In this document: piece after piece, positions 1 through 13,127 of the stretch
How the letters are laid out: every line of letters begins with the position of its first letter
Numbering within the stretch: position 1 is the first letter of the stretch
Origin: Azolla caroliniana
Lineage: Eukaryota > Plantae > Polypodiophyta
Reading direction: 5' to 3'
Assembly: GCA_043228905.1 (NCBI GenBank)
Contig: JBHGNT010000001.1
Coordinates: 1,426,001 to 1,490,000, forward strand
DNA: 64,000 nt
Notes under the pieces: model-generated
What the model saw: the letters and a program-made list of their open reading frames with translations, nothing else
Told to the model about the DNA's origin: nothing
The model's database searches: none
Translations under genes and position numbers: made by a program

Positions 1-29
1 AATGTAAACTCATTCTGGAATGTATGCAG

Positions 30-3000
30 ATGCTGTGTCTATCAAGGCATAAATATTTGTGGAGATCTTTCTTTACTTCATCAGAGACAGACAACTTCAT
101 CGTGGTATGATTATAGGAAGCTCACAGTATTTTTACTGATGCATGGATGGAGTTGCAATGATTAATTGTGCCATTGTAACAGGCAATGATTCTGCATTCA
201 CCCGATAAAAGTGTTCGCTATCGAGCTGCAATCAGTTTTATGAAGCTATGGTATGAATAACCATATATCAATACTTTCTAGAAGTTGCTAAAAAGATGTT
301 CAGGTTCTCTTCATACTGGATATATGGAGTCCTTATAATTGTATTTCTGCCAGTGTTATTAGACACGGGGTTGATCGTGTTGCACACCGGCGTATACTAA
401 CAGCTCTATTGGGTGCTAAAAGTGAGGTTGTTCAGCACCCAAAACGCTGCCAGCATGTACAATCACCTTTTGAATTCTCTCCCTGAACTGTGTATGAATG
501 TAATAAATAATTGTTAGGCATGTATTTTGATGTCTTGTTTATTTTTTGTGGCTATTCAGTATTGGGAGCTTTTAGCTCATCTTTTGTACTCATTAGAAGG
601 GGAGGATGAACATGAAATAGCTGAGCAACAGCTAGAGGATGAACTTCAGTGGCTGAGCTCAGCACCTGCTGCTGTGGATGATGATGACAGGGTATTGCAT
701 AATATTGGAATGGTGTTAATCATTTTTTGCCTGAGATAATGTCATTGGACTATTATACTTGTTTTTCTGCAGCTTCTGGAAGGCCACTTACACTTGGTCA
801 AAGTACTTGTTGATGTGCTGGATAAAAGAATTATTGGTGTTGATAAGAGTCAACAAGGCAGAGGCCTAATCCAACTGGTTTGTTTCTATGTTGCTGGCCT
901 CTTGATTTGTATACTTACTATTGAATTCCTAGTAATGGTGGTTATAATTTTCCTTTGTGGTTATTAACAGCTTATCAAGCACTTCCTTTTTCCAGACTCT
1001 GCAATTTTATTGCATGAGGAGGACCAAGTGCACACTAGGAAAATGCATGAAGTCCACTTTGGTGTTTTTGGGGTTTCACCCGAGGAAAACGGCTTATTGC
1101 AGGCCAGATGCAGTACACGAGGAAGCCGGGAAAAAGCTTTTCAGCTTCTTCTATGCCTTGCTACTCATTGCAAAGAAAGTTTCCAAGAGATTGTTGATTT
1201 GATTTTGAAGATTCATCTGTCAGAGCAAGTTTTGGATTGGGAGCACTTGCCATCATATGGGCGAAAAGCTATAGGTGGTTATGTTGGTTTGAAAAATGCA
1301 GGTGCAACGTGCTACATGAATTCTGTGTTCCAGCAGTTGTTTATGCAGCCGGAGGTTCGGAGGAGTGTATTAGCTTGTACAGAGTGCGACGATGTAGAAA
1401 AGGCAGGTTCAGTTTTCTTTCAACTACAAGCTATGTTTGGGGCTCTTCTAGGAAGCAGTCTTGATCATTACACACCTCAAGGTTTTTGGTGTGCCTATCG
1501 AGACTATGATGGAATGCCCATCAATCTTAGGGAACACCAGGATGCATTTGAATTTTTTAATCGACTATATGATTCAATTGATGAGACTCTGAAATGTACA
1601 CATCAAGAGACAACATTAACAAGAATTTTTGGTGGAATATTTGCACAACAGGTAACACTATGCATTGAACAAGTTATTCTTATTGAATTTATGTTTAGAC
1701 AATAGCAAATAGATTATTGTCAACCATAATTTTTTATGTTTGTGCTCTTTAATTCGAAATCTTGCATTAAGTTTGTTAGTGATATATTTGCAGGTGATTT
1801 GTCGTGGCTGTCCTCACAGAAGTGTGAGAGAAGAACCCTTTGCTGCCATAAGTGTCGATGTAAAGAATAAGAAGGATCTTGTTGAGTCTCTGGAGGCATT
1901 TGTGCGAGGTGACCTTTTAGAGGGTGACAATGCATACTACTGTGATGAATGTGGAACCAAAGTGGATGCCTTAAAGCGTGTTTGTGTGAAAGCTTTGCCT
2001 CATACTCTTGTTATACACCTCAAGAGGTTTGACTTTGATTACGAAACAATGCAACGCTTGAAGTTGAAAGATCGATTTGAATTTCCAACATACATTGACA
2101 TGAAGCCATATACTGTTGAAGGTTTAACATTACGGGAAATGCAAAATCCTAGTCCTAGGGGCAACAATGATACTTATTTAAATGCAGGGCAGAAACCAGA
2201 TAGTGTTTCTGATTTATTCAAGCCTGATGCATACTATCAATACGATCTTGTAGGCGTTGTCGTTCATTCCGGCACTGCCTTTGCTGGACATTATTACTCA
2301 TACATAAAGCAGCGTCGTGGTGATCATCCTCTAAGTTGTGGGCATGGTCAAACTGGCGGGTACTTCATATAGATTAGTAATTTTGTGTTCTGTATGTATG
2401 TTTGTATTGGCGGCAGGGTTAACAGAAGTTTATTCTCTTAGCAGATGGATTGCTTTTGATGATAAGAACGTGGAACCATATGACATCAATGATTTGGAGA
2501 AGGACTGTTTTGGTGGAAAATATACTGTAGATGTTTATGATAATTTTTTAAAGACCACAGCTCCTCAGGTAAGCCTAGTTGGATAATTATGCTGTTGGTA
2601 CTTGGCTTTAATTTTTATCTTTTATCAAATATTTACAAGGTAACTTCCTCGACCCTGTTTTCTCGGTCTTTAGGAGTTTGACAGGCCAAATAGTGCATAC
2701 ATGCTATTTTATGAGAGGTCACAGTCGGAGGTATTTTTCACTTCTCTCCTGGCAATAATGTACATCGAAAATTTTCTATTGAGTGAATTATCTATCCCCT
2801 ATGGCCTCAAATTTGATGAATGTCTTTGTGTGACTTTTAGGTATCTTTGACGTGTTCTCCATCCCAAACAGAAACATCTCTTTCAAAGGGTGGGTTAGGA
2901 ATGCAAATTGGTCACCACTGTAGATGTAAGGTATATAGTGAACCATCTAACTGCCTAATTTTTGCTTATCCAGATGAGAATGGGGATGCACCAATGAAGG

Positions 3001-6000
3001 AAATTTCTCTTTGTGATCGCTTGCCAGGCTTGTATGTGGAAATTGTACTCTGAAGTATGATTTATCCTAAGATTTTTGGGACTTCAATTGTGCTGATGTT
3101 TTCATAAATTTGCAGCAAAAATATTCAAATGCCTGCTTCAGTTCATCGCAGTGTTTGGCAAGAAAATCTAAGGTATTTCAGTGGGTGAATGTTCTCTGTG
3201 ATTATTGCTGGATTTTGTATGGATGTATATGTTTTGGTATCTGACATTCTTATGCTTTCAGATTTATACACGAGAACCATCTTATGGATAAAGACTATTT
3301 TAGATTTCTCTTCAGACTAGTTGAAGTAAATTACGACTTGATTGAGGCCAAGTAAGTGTTATTTGTTTTAAGTTGAATGTGATACTGGATAATAGTGTTT
3401 TCTGTTTGTAAAGATAGATTCAGTTTTATAAGCCATGTTTATTCTATAAATAACTTTCAATTATGTGAATAAATAGAAGCAATATGTTAAAATTTGACCT
3501 CTTATTGCCAATAACAATAAATCTACTATCATAAGGTAATCATAAATAAACAGTGAGTCTCTTCTAAGAAAGTGTGTATATCCATTGATATGATCCATTT
3601 CTCTCTCTACTGTCATATTATAGATATATCCCTTTTTATATCTATGTATTGAGAGATTGGTTGTTAAGCACTTGTAGCTGGACAATACATGTAAGGTCTT
3701 GCTCGTCTTTAGCTCAAAAGCAATTTGTGGAAAACGTACAGTGTATCCTCATTCATCAATATGTAATTAATTAATTAATGGAGTTCATCACCAAGCATTT
3801 TCCTTGAATGAATTCTGAACGTTGAATCACATCTGCTCTATTTGGGCCTTCCACGTAAATGAATCTATGTATTGATCAAGAAGGCTTTCTGAACAGGCCC
3901 AATCATGTTTCTCTCTACTAACTATGAATGTGAACTGGTATGTGAAAGTAAAATGGCCTCGTTTTAGATGCTTAATTCAAGTATCTGCTAGTTTATTTGA
4001 GAAACTTCATGGCTTAACTAGTAAACTCATATTCTGAGAAATCTGGAGACTAGAAATAGTGTCAGTAGTGATCACTTGATTTGGCATTTGAAAAAATATT
4101 CAGGGGTGGAAACTACCCATCTGCTGATAATGAAGAAGAATATTCTCATGCTTGGAAACCGTTATGGAGTTGAGTTTACTGATTCTGAGGTCGAAGATAT
4201 TGAATACCATACATCAAACTCACTCCAAAAGGAGTTTCTGAAAAGATACTCCAGTATATTGTTCTTTGTGACAGAAGAAACCTATCTATGATTTTGTCAA
4301 TTACTGGTGATTGAAATAAGCATGCACAGTTCTAACTGATTCACGGGTATTGCCCAATGTGATTTGGGACTAAATGATGTTAAGATGTAAATTTTCTCAA
4401 ATGGAACATTTTCTGTAATTTCTATGGTCAAGAAGCATAGGCTGTCTGTGTGATCGTCTTGTTACTTTCCGACCATGGCAGGTCACCCAAGCACAAAGTC
4501 TATAGCTTGTATCTGTCTATGATTAATTTTCAGGAAATGAGAGTGAACTTGTTCACACTTGATGAATGCTATCAGAGTGTTATTTGTTCCTAGAGGTTCA
4601 GGCAATTCAAAATTGAAGATCTATAATTTGAAATTCTTTTACTTGAACATTCTAGCTCTATTTGCCATGTAGTGCCTCTCGGACTTGCCAAAGGACTGCA
4701 TTAACTGGAGCTGATCACAGCTCAGGAGGAAAAAGTGCCTCAGATTCTGGGTTTCATGAATCACTAACTACGGATGGGATTGTTGACGAGTTCTCCAAAA
4801 CCATAATAACACTTTCAACTGAGTTTTTACTAAGAGTTTACCTTCGAATGCATGGCAATCTTCGTGAGGAGCTCCCTCTTTGGAAGGTACATATCATTCA
4901 TGGTTCTGGAGGATTAGGGAGTATCATGTTGCAATCAACTAATTAGTATCTTTTTCCACAGACCTTAATGTGCAAGTTGTTTGAGAAGAATATGGTGTCC
5001 TGTCGTAGCTTTATACAAGCACTTGTTGAGCAGCATCATTGGATACAGGATTATCTCATTAGATGTCCAGTTGAGGAAATTCAGCAAGTGGGGTTTCTGT
5101 GAAATAATTTCTTAGAGAAGTTTTCATTAATGTACTTCTTAAATTAATTACAACTCTACTTATTGCAGATATTTGCTTCTTTACTGGTTCAAGCATTGCG
5201 ATGTGCTGTGTGCTTCCTTAATGGGAACTCTTTCTATATTGATGCCAATGGGCGCTCCCTGGATGCATTTCGAATTGATGCACTCATTGATGTACTGTTA
5301 TCCTTTCTTCGGGATCCAACCCTACCAAAATATGCATGCCTTCAGGTACTAACGTTTGAAGTAACGACTGGATTTATTATCTGAAATCATGCCATTATTT
5401 CTGACACGCCTAACTTATTTCGTGGATTGCACAGTACTTCCAAGTAATTTTGGAATATGCAAACCTTGGTGCCCCTCAGCGATTCCATTTGCTTCAAAAG
5501 TCTGTGCTTAGCAACTTGGTGACAACAACTGTAAGCTCAACTGCTTGTATTAATTTCGGGTAGTGTGGTGGATGTAGTTATTTAATACACAATTTTTATC
5601 ATTATTTTGTGCTGCATTTTCCAGGTGAATTTTGCCACCAAAGTCAATTTTCAGATGGCAAAGCTTGATTTTGCTTGTCTACATTCTCTAGTTTCCATCT
5701 TGCTACGCAGTTGTGACACTTCGCAATTTCAATGTATGTGCTCTTTTTCTTTTTTGTCCCCACTTGATCTATTCTGCTTTTGGTTTACAAAAATTCCTTT
5801 TCATGGGTTTGTGCAGTACCGTCTGACATAGACTTAACACCTGTTACTTCAAATGGGGAGGAGGGGGAAGATAATGTAGATAGTAGTTCTAAACCTCATC
5901 CACAGAATCCTCTTCAACTACCACCCCCACTCTTTCGATTATCGAAAGAATCTGGAGATGCTGTCTTCAAGCAGCGTGTATATATTTCTGTGTTGGTATA

Positions 6001-6961
6001 ACACTAACAACTCCTTACCTTTTTTTAGGGCTGTGATACATCTCGTCCTTTTCTGCTCCATTGTCATGAGAATACTGACCTCAACCCCGTTTGTGCAGAT
6101 AGAGACGTGCCCTGAGCATGAGGAAGCTGTGAAGTTGCTAGAATTTTGTTGTTGGAAAAATGAATCATTTACACTGGTGAGGAGTAAATGATGATTTTGA
6201 TGCAATAGATTTTACCAAATTCTGAGTTTTCAGACTCATCTCATTGCACTGGTTTCTCGGCTTTTGAAATGCAGTGGGTACTCCAGGACCTTTTGGAGGC
6301 CCTTAATAGGGCTGTAAATAATGAGATTAAACCGTTGCTGGCATTGATGCTGCGAATCCTGCTTTTACAAGATCCATTGCAGAAGGTTAGTTATAGATTA
6401 TCTAGATTATATGGATGTCTCATACAGATATATACCAATGTGCTCTATCACATTTCAGATGAGGCAGAAGTTTTTGCTTCTTGGGCATGAGAATTTTCGT
6501 GCAGGTGTAATGAACCTAATTGTGACACGGGTTAGTTATTCTTTTATATAGTGATATGAATTTCGTTGATGATGCTCTTCATGCAGAAGCAGAATCTATT
6601 TTTCATAATACATTCTTTTATTTTTGTATCGCCTTTTTCACTGTACTGAAACATATTCTAATCTTGTTCGGGAATTTTGCAGGTTATGAATACTCATAAA
6701 CGCTACCTATTGCTCAAGTTCTTGGTGAAGCTGTTGAATGTATGTCCAGAAACAAAGGTGCACTTTTTAGGAAGGAGAGGAGATTGGAAATGTGTGGTGG
6801 ATTGGCTTCAAGATGAGATTCATTCCCCCGGAGCCAGTCTTACCAGTTCTGTGAGCACATCGTCATCGGTCTCGAATGAGGACTTATCGAATGGTCACCT
6901 ACAAAGAACGAATTCCGCCGAATGGACGCTTCTCAATGCTCGGAACCTTTTTCCGACTTAG
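30..6961 (+). CDS. Multi-exon ubiquitin-specific protease, USP9X/USP24/fat-facets-like (5' end outside window)
   Basis: Cys box GLKNAGATCYMNSVFQQLFM, REHQDAFEFF, LEGDNAYYCDEC finger, His box GVVVHSGTAFAGHYYSYIK and WIAFDD are spread over GT-AG exons (e.g. ~560-691, 773-877, 971-1651, 1794-~2358). Last exon ~6683-6961 has VDWLQDE...SNEDLSNGHLQRTNSA, resembling the USP9X C-terminal region. Not all internal exon boundaries were resolved. Confidence 0.9.
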
Positions 6962-7527
6962 TATTTTACTCTCGAAAAAAAAAGTCACGATGCTTTCTGT
7001 ACTGATGCAGAATATCATGTGTATTTTTTTTCTTTTCCTTTTGAGCCATGATTATTGGCAGCTATGGATTCTTCTCTCGGTCTCTCTCTCTCGCCCTCTG
7101 CTTTTTTGAAAATAGGGTGGTGGTTTGCGTAGATGGATAATGGACCACCAAAGATGTAAAATACACTAGATTTAGGTTTGTATAGAGGCAATGCTCTTGT
7201 ATATAAAGAGGTAAAAGAGAAAGCCACAAGAGATGGGGAAAAGAGTCTCAAAATGGTATTAAGGCTCGAGTGCACCCGAGGGTGTGTCCCACATATTTAC
7301 AAAGTGCTTTTTGGGGGGCTTCTCGTGGATGCTTTCTTTATATTATATGTTGTAAGGAATAATGCTATCATTTGTAATTCATCTGAAATTTTGTCATCAT
7401 CAGCTACTACTGTCCATTAATTTAAATTTCTGGTGTAGAGGCTGACAATGGGGTATATTTAACAATTATTGGGTGAAAAGATAGGATGCCAAACTAGCTC
7501 AAACTTATGAATGTTGAGCTCCTTTTA

Positions 7528-7688
7528 TGCGGTGTTTGTGGGTTGTTACATCACTTGAATGTATTTTCCCTGTAATTTCAGGTGTGTTCTGCAGTGGTGA
7601 CTTCTGCGGTGTTTGTGAGTGGTTAACATCACTTGTTGAATATACTTTTTCTGTAATTCCATGTGTTAGTTTGCAGTGGTAACATTTT
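7528..7688. repeat. Diverged two-copy tandem repeat, ~78-bp unit
   Basis: gcggtgtttgtg...acatcacttg...ctgtaatt...tgcagtggt occurs twice in succession. Confidence 0.7.
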
Positions 7689-8299
7689 AAACCTGTCAGC
7701 AATCCATTGGTCGTTATTCGAGGTGGGCTGTAGTGTATATATTGGGGGTCAGTGTCTGTACCATCTGTCTCATTGATTCATTGGATTATAGCGTATATGT
7801 GGTGCAAAGTTTTCTTGGTCATTCATGGATTGACTTCATTGAATTCTTTGAATCATAGGGGATGTTGGGATGTTCATGCTAATAAATATGGAGATGTGTT
7901 ATAGGGGCAACATCTTCTCGTCAATCCATAGGTCATTTTTTTAATAATTTGTTTCATTGAGGCATGGATTCACTGGATTGGTTCATGTGAGTGTGGTCAT
8001 GAAGGAACTTTCAAGGAAATTTATGGAGTGAACTGATTGCAGCAAAAAATTATGAGAATGTATAAAATTTATACATGATATCAATGATATAACGTTTACA
8101 GAAATGGTGAACCAATGGATGCAGTGAATATGATTGCAATAATTACAATGGATGAAGATGATTAAAATCATTCAGTATCATATAATGTCTTAGAACCGGT
8201 ACATGTGCTCTTTGTCTCTATATGTTCTCTCTGCCTTCATATAGTGGCCTTGGTAAATAGGGCTATTTGTGCTATCTGGCTCCTAAATGCATAACATTA

Positions 8300-9745
8300 T
8301 GGTTGTGTCCATATTCACACCTAGGAATATGAGAATGCTTGAAGGATATCATTGTAAATGAAGAAACTATCAGAATATTGGTTTAAGTAACCCAAACACT
8401 AGTGTGAGAATCTAATGCGTTGAAAACTTAAGAGTCTATTTGAAATGTTTTCCCATGTAACCATTATTAATGGATAACGGCTTAATATTCCTGTATTTCT
8501 TGAAAAAGAACGTTGCTCTATATATTCTGATATGGATAGATAGTTATGTGAAAAACCCTTATCAGTCATTTTTGTCAAAAACAACTGCACATATATTTCA
8601 CTTACCATTGGGATGTCAAAGAGGTACATATGTAGTGGGTGGTGCTAGACTTAATGGATGATTATACCCTCAACATAAATGTGTGGCCTTAACAAATAGG
8701 TGGGATATGAAGAGGTGCATTAATTGACCATGAAATGGAATTTCCAAAAGTCATGAAAGAAGTTCTATGGAAATGTCATTATACAAGAAAACCTTGGGGA
8801 TAGGTAAGGTGCTCTAGTGGTTAGAAACATGACCAACGGAACTTGCAAAGAACTTTATGGTAAACCCATTGATGTAGCAGATATCACTCACTTATTTTCT
8901 TGATTTCTTTTGTATCCTCTAGTGGAGAATATATGTGTGTCCCAAAGAGGGTGGGCTGATGTATTTAACTTTGTGTTCTAACAGATTGATGCATTGGTTA
9001 AGTTGGGAAGTATTATTGAGAACGCATGACTACTTCACATCTTAGTGTGAGATATTCCTTTTCCCTAATCTCCTATAAACTCAGTTTCTCTACCTTGGCT
9101 TTAGCATGCATCATTATCTATTTCAAGATTGTTGGTTTCCATTCTCATTTAAATAGCTTTGTAAGTTTATAGATGTGCAATAGTGACGTATTTTTCTATT
9201 GACGAAGTTCTAATTCCATTTGGTTTAGAGTTCCTCCACTAGCAACTTTCATTATTTGTTATGAGAAGGGTGACCGAAGTATCATATCACATCCCATATA
9301 TTAGAACATCTGTACCATGAGCCGTAGTATTGAGATTTTTGCCATATTGGTATGTGATGTGTCTCCATGTCCTTTGCTTTGGCCATGTGTTTGTGGATTT
9401 TCATTAGATCAAGTTGACATAAATAAAACTTGTAAGAAACTCCTTATGAACAAGAGGAGGTTGCAGATGCTAATGTGATGGGACATGGTTTGATGGAATT
9501 TTTTTGATACCTTTGAATCCACAAATAAAGACAATTGGTGAGTCGTATTACAATTTGGTATATTTGGAAGGCTCGACGTCTGAAGATATTTCAAAATGTG
9601 ACTGAAAGACATGCCCAAATAATTTCTGGGATTTGGACAAAGATTGTGCATAATCTTAGAGGTTTGTTGGATAGTATAAAAGGTAATATGCAGCAAGCGG
9701 GACGTATAAAAGAAGATGCTCATAAATGTGCTTTAGCCAAATAAT
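8300..9745 (+). mobile_element. Degenerate LINE 3' remnant
   Basis: 9535-9744 encodes ITIWYIWKARRLKIFQN...IWTKIVHNLRG, similar to the LINE ORF2 C-terminus at 35299-35784 (LWTIWKMRCEVFFN...FVHTIRG). A CPKEGG-like piece lies near 8937. Left boundary is uncertain. Confidence 0.55.
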
Positions 9746-9853
9746 CAAATAACCAAAAACACGACTAATCCAAATAACCAAAAACTATATAGAGAGACAA
9801 TGATTTTGAATCACGAGATTGCATCAAAAAATTGAGAAAACATTTGATGGTAC

Positions 9854-12618
9854 CTGGCAAAATATGGCACCCTTGCTTTTTGCATCCATCACTAGCCCTT
9901 CAATAAATTTGGCCGAGTCGCTAACAACTGCCGTGATATCGCAATCATCTTCTGGAGCACCAACTGTTAGCTTCTTCACCGTTGTAACCACCTTCTCAAC
10001 TAAAATGTCGGCTACCGATTCCATCACTAAAACCACTTTCACTGCTGTACACCGCTGGCCACTGTACTTCCCAAGAAACTAAAGAAATTCTTTTACAAAT
10101 CTTTGTGATTAAGTAATAGCTCTTAAGAGGATTGCCAAAATTACATACACATCCAAGAAATCCGCAAACCATTTTGTTGTACCTATATGAGAATCCACCT
10201 TTGACAATGTTTGCTGCCGCGAGGTCGAGATCGGCATCGTCGCACACAATGCATGCATCCTTGCCACCAAGTTCCATCTGAAGAGGAACCATGCCAGCCT
10301 TCTTTGAGATGGCAATGCCAGTATCACCACCCGTAAAACTATAAGCAAGATGAAGAAATAAAACATCAAATGTTAGATGTCGATCCTTCCTTCAGGATTC
10401 ATACATGTAGATATAAATTTGCACATACATTCTTAGATTAAAATCCATTGTAAAGGTCTATTTATTAACATATACATTTAGATGTCAATAATTTCTTTTA
10501 AGGTCCATATTGATTGATTACCTAATGCAGTTCACACCTGGGTGCATGGTGAGGAAGTCCCCTATTTCCGAGCCTTTCCCAGTGATGCAAGAGAGCAGTC
10601 CCTTTGGAAAACCTGCTAAGTGGAAGCAGTGCACCATGTGAAGCCCAGCAACTGCACCCTGTAGAAACCAAGACGTCTTAAGAAACTAGAGAAATAATAA
10701 TAATTGAAAAAGTCAATGATTTTGAATGATCTCAAGGTTAGTCGAATTTCGTTTTCTCCAGGTAGAGAGATTGAACAAAAAAATAAAACACTCACTTGAG
10801 TAGGAGGCTTCAACGCTACAGCATTTCCTGCGATGAGAGCAGGAGCAATCTTGGATACTGCGAGATTCACTGGGTAATTGAAGGGTATGATAGCTAGCAC
10901 TACACCCAATGGGATCTATAAAAAAATCAAACCAGCAACTGAAAGGTGAAAACGGATACTATCAAAAATAAATATGAAAAGCCACTGTTCTGCTACTCAT
11001 AAATAAAGAAAATAGAACACGAAAAAGTTTGTTGTGTTTTTACTTCATGGATGGAATTTTTGGTCCCAAGTATCATCATAAGTCTCATGATTATGTGTCT
11101 TTCTCTTACATGGCAAAGGAATTGAATGACTATCAAAGAGTTTTGGCGTTCACATGGGTTCATAGATCATATTTGTGAAAACTTTACCTTTGAGGCAAGG
11201 CATAGCTTTGTTCTCTCATTCCCTGGAAAGCTGTCTGGGACCAGAAGCTTCCCTTCAGCCAAGATCCGTACACCTTCCTCTGCGGTGTAAGATATCAAAT
11301 CTCCAGATTGTACAACCTTGACATTGATACAACTGAACACATTAGGAGATTGGAAGTTTCTAGACATATCTCTACCTTTTTCAATCTTGGCATCACATCA
11401 CACATCCATTTATATGAAAACCTTTCATCCAATTATATCTTCTTTGACCTGATAGTTTGCTATCCTGCATATGTCTGAACAATAAAGATTGCAATAGGAC
11501 ATTGAAGTCTGAATTGCATTGTGTAGTGAAGCTATACATATAGCTGGATTGCTTTTTGAAAAGCTCTAATGGATGCACGTTTCAGACAACTTTGTTGCAA
11601 GCACAATGAAAAACTTGCAGTGTAAGATATCAAATCTCCAGATCGTACAACCTTGACATTGATACAACTGAACACATTAGGAGATTGGAAGTTTCTAGAC
11701 ATATCTCTACCTTTTTCAATCTTGGCATCACATCACACATCCATTTATATGAAAACCTTTCATCCAATTATATCTTCTTTGACCTGATAGTTTGCTATCC
11801 TGCATATGTCTGAACAATAAAGATTGCAATAGGACATTGAAGTCTGAATTGCATTGTGTAGTGAAGCTATACATATAGCTGGATTGCTTTTTGAAAAGCT
11901 CTAATGGATGCACGTTTCAGACAACTTTGTTGCAAGCACAATGAAAAACTTAAATATAAAGTACAAGCTCGAATGAATACATGCTGCCTAAACAACCAAT
12001 TTATGCATGAAAGTATTTACATTAGGTACGTTAGTTAAACTAGTTACTTTTTATATGTGCACACCTCTCATGTATGTAAATGAAAGTGCAGATACGCACA
12101 CTTGCACATATACACATTGATGTGGGATTACATTTGAATTATTAATCGAGGGAACTGTAGAGATGAGAAATGCAACAAAGACAATGTGATGGCGACTCTT
12201 AGCGTTACTAACTAGCTACCTTGGTGGCAGCATCCTTGCTGGGTTTTGCAATCTCCTTGACAAGGCACTCTGCTATGGAGTTCTTGTGGTTCTTGAGTAG
12301 GGTGGCGACCTTATGCAACGCCTCTGCCCGCTTCCATAGCGGCACCTTGGCCCACAGCTTCTGTGCGAGTTTTGCAATCTCAAGTGCCTTGTTCACCTCC
12401 TCTTGGGTGCAAGCTACCATGGCACAAATTAAAATCATAAAAAAAAAGAAAAAGAAAACAAAAGTAGACACCCAACTAAGTATGTGGGTGGGCAGGATGC
12501 AATTATGTGGAGGAAAAAAAACCTTGGACTCTGTATTGAGGCTGACGAGTGGAGGGGTTGATGATGATGTCGATGACTCCCTTTCGAATATCTCTTCGAA
12601 CACACCACATCCAGCCAT
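9854..12618 (-). pseudogene. ALDH11: Non-phosphorylating NADP-GAPDH (GAPN/ALDH11), frameshifted and 3'-truncated
   Basis: Exons 12618-12523, 12413-12220, 11316-11188, 10915-10796, 10658-10522, 10338-10183 and 10061-9854, with [15 protein letters not shown] and GQRCTAV motifs. Exon 1 has a deletion that shifts MAGCGVFEEIFE out of frame with IINPSTRQPQYRVQ. No exons for the C-terminal EEPFGP...QINSAP part were seen downstream. Confidence 0.85.
11281..11951. repeat. 335-bp near-identical tandem duplication covering the GAPN intron 2/exon 3 junction
   Basis: 11281-11615 is repeated at 11616-11951. The ORF track shows an identical 61-aa ORF at 11393 and 11728. Confidence 0.95.
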
Positions 12619-13127
12619 ACTAGCCCTACCACACACAGCAAAAACAAGAAACTATATCTGTTGTAAATGCATCACAAACAGACACAGAATCTTGATTTGA
12701 AGTCTGTTGGAATTGGCTAGTTAGTCGACTACTCGGGTGTGCGGAAGAAAGAAAGCAAGAAAGGTTGGACAGGACATTGGGGAAGAAACAGAAACAGAAA
12801 CAGGGCAGTAATCTCTCTCATTGTATGTGTGTATGCGTATACGTATGCGTATGTATGTAGTACGTATGTAAAGAAGAGATTTTTCTCTGTACATTATACA
12901 TATGTATACTGTTTGTTATACGTATATATGTACATATACCCATATGCTTCATGCTTCGCCGATGCTTCAACATTAGGCTGGTACAAACGTCCATGACTTT
13001 ATAAAGACGAAGTATGTAATGAGGTTAATGAAATCTGCTAAAAAAACCAGAGAGTGAGTCAGAGACAGAGACAGAGATAGCTGATTCGCGTTGCTCCTCA
13101 GGATGCGTCTCTACCCTGTTGCTCGGG

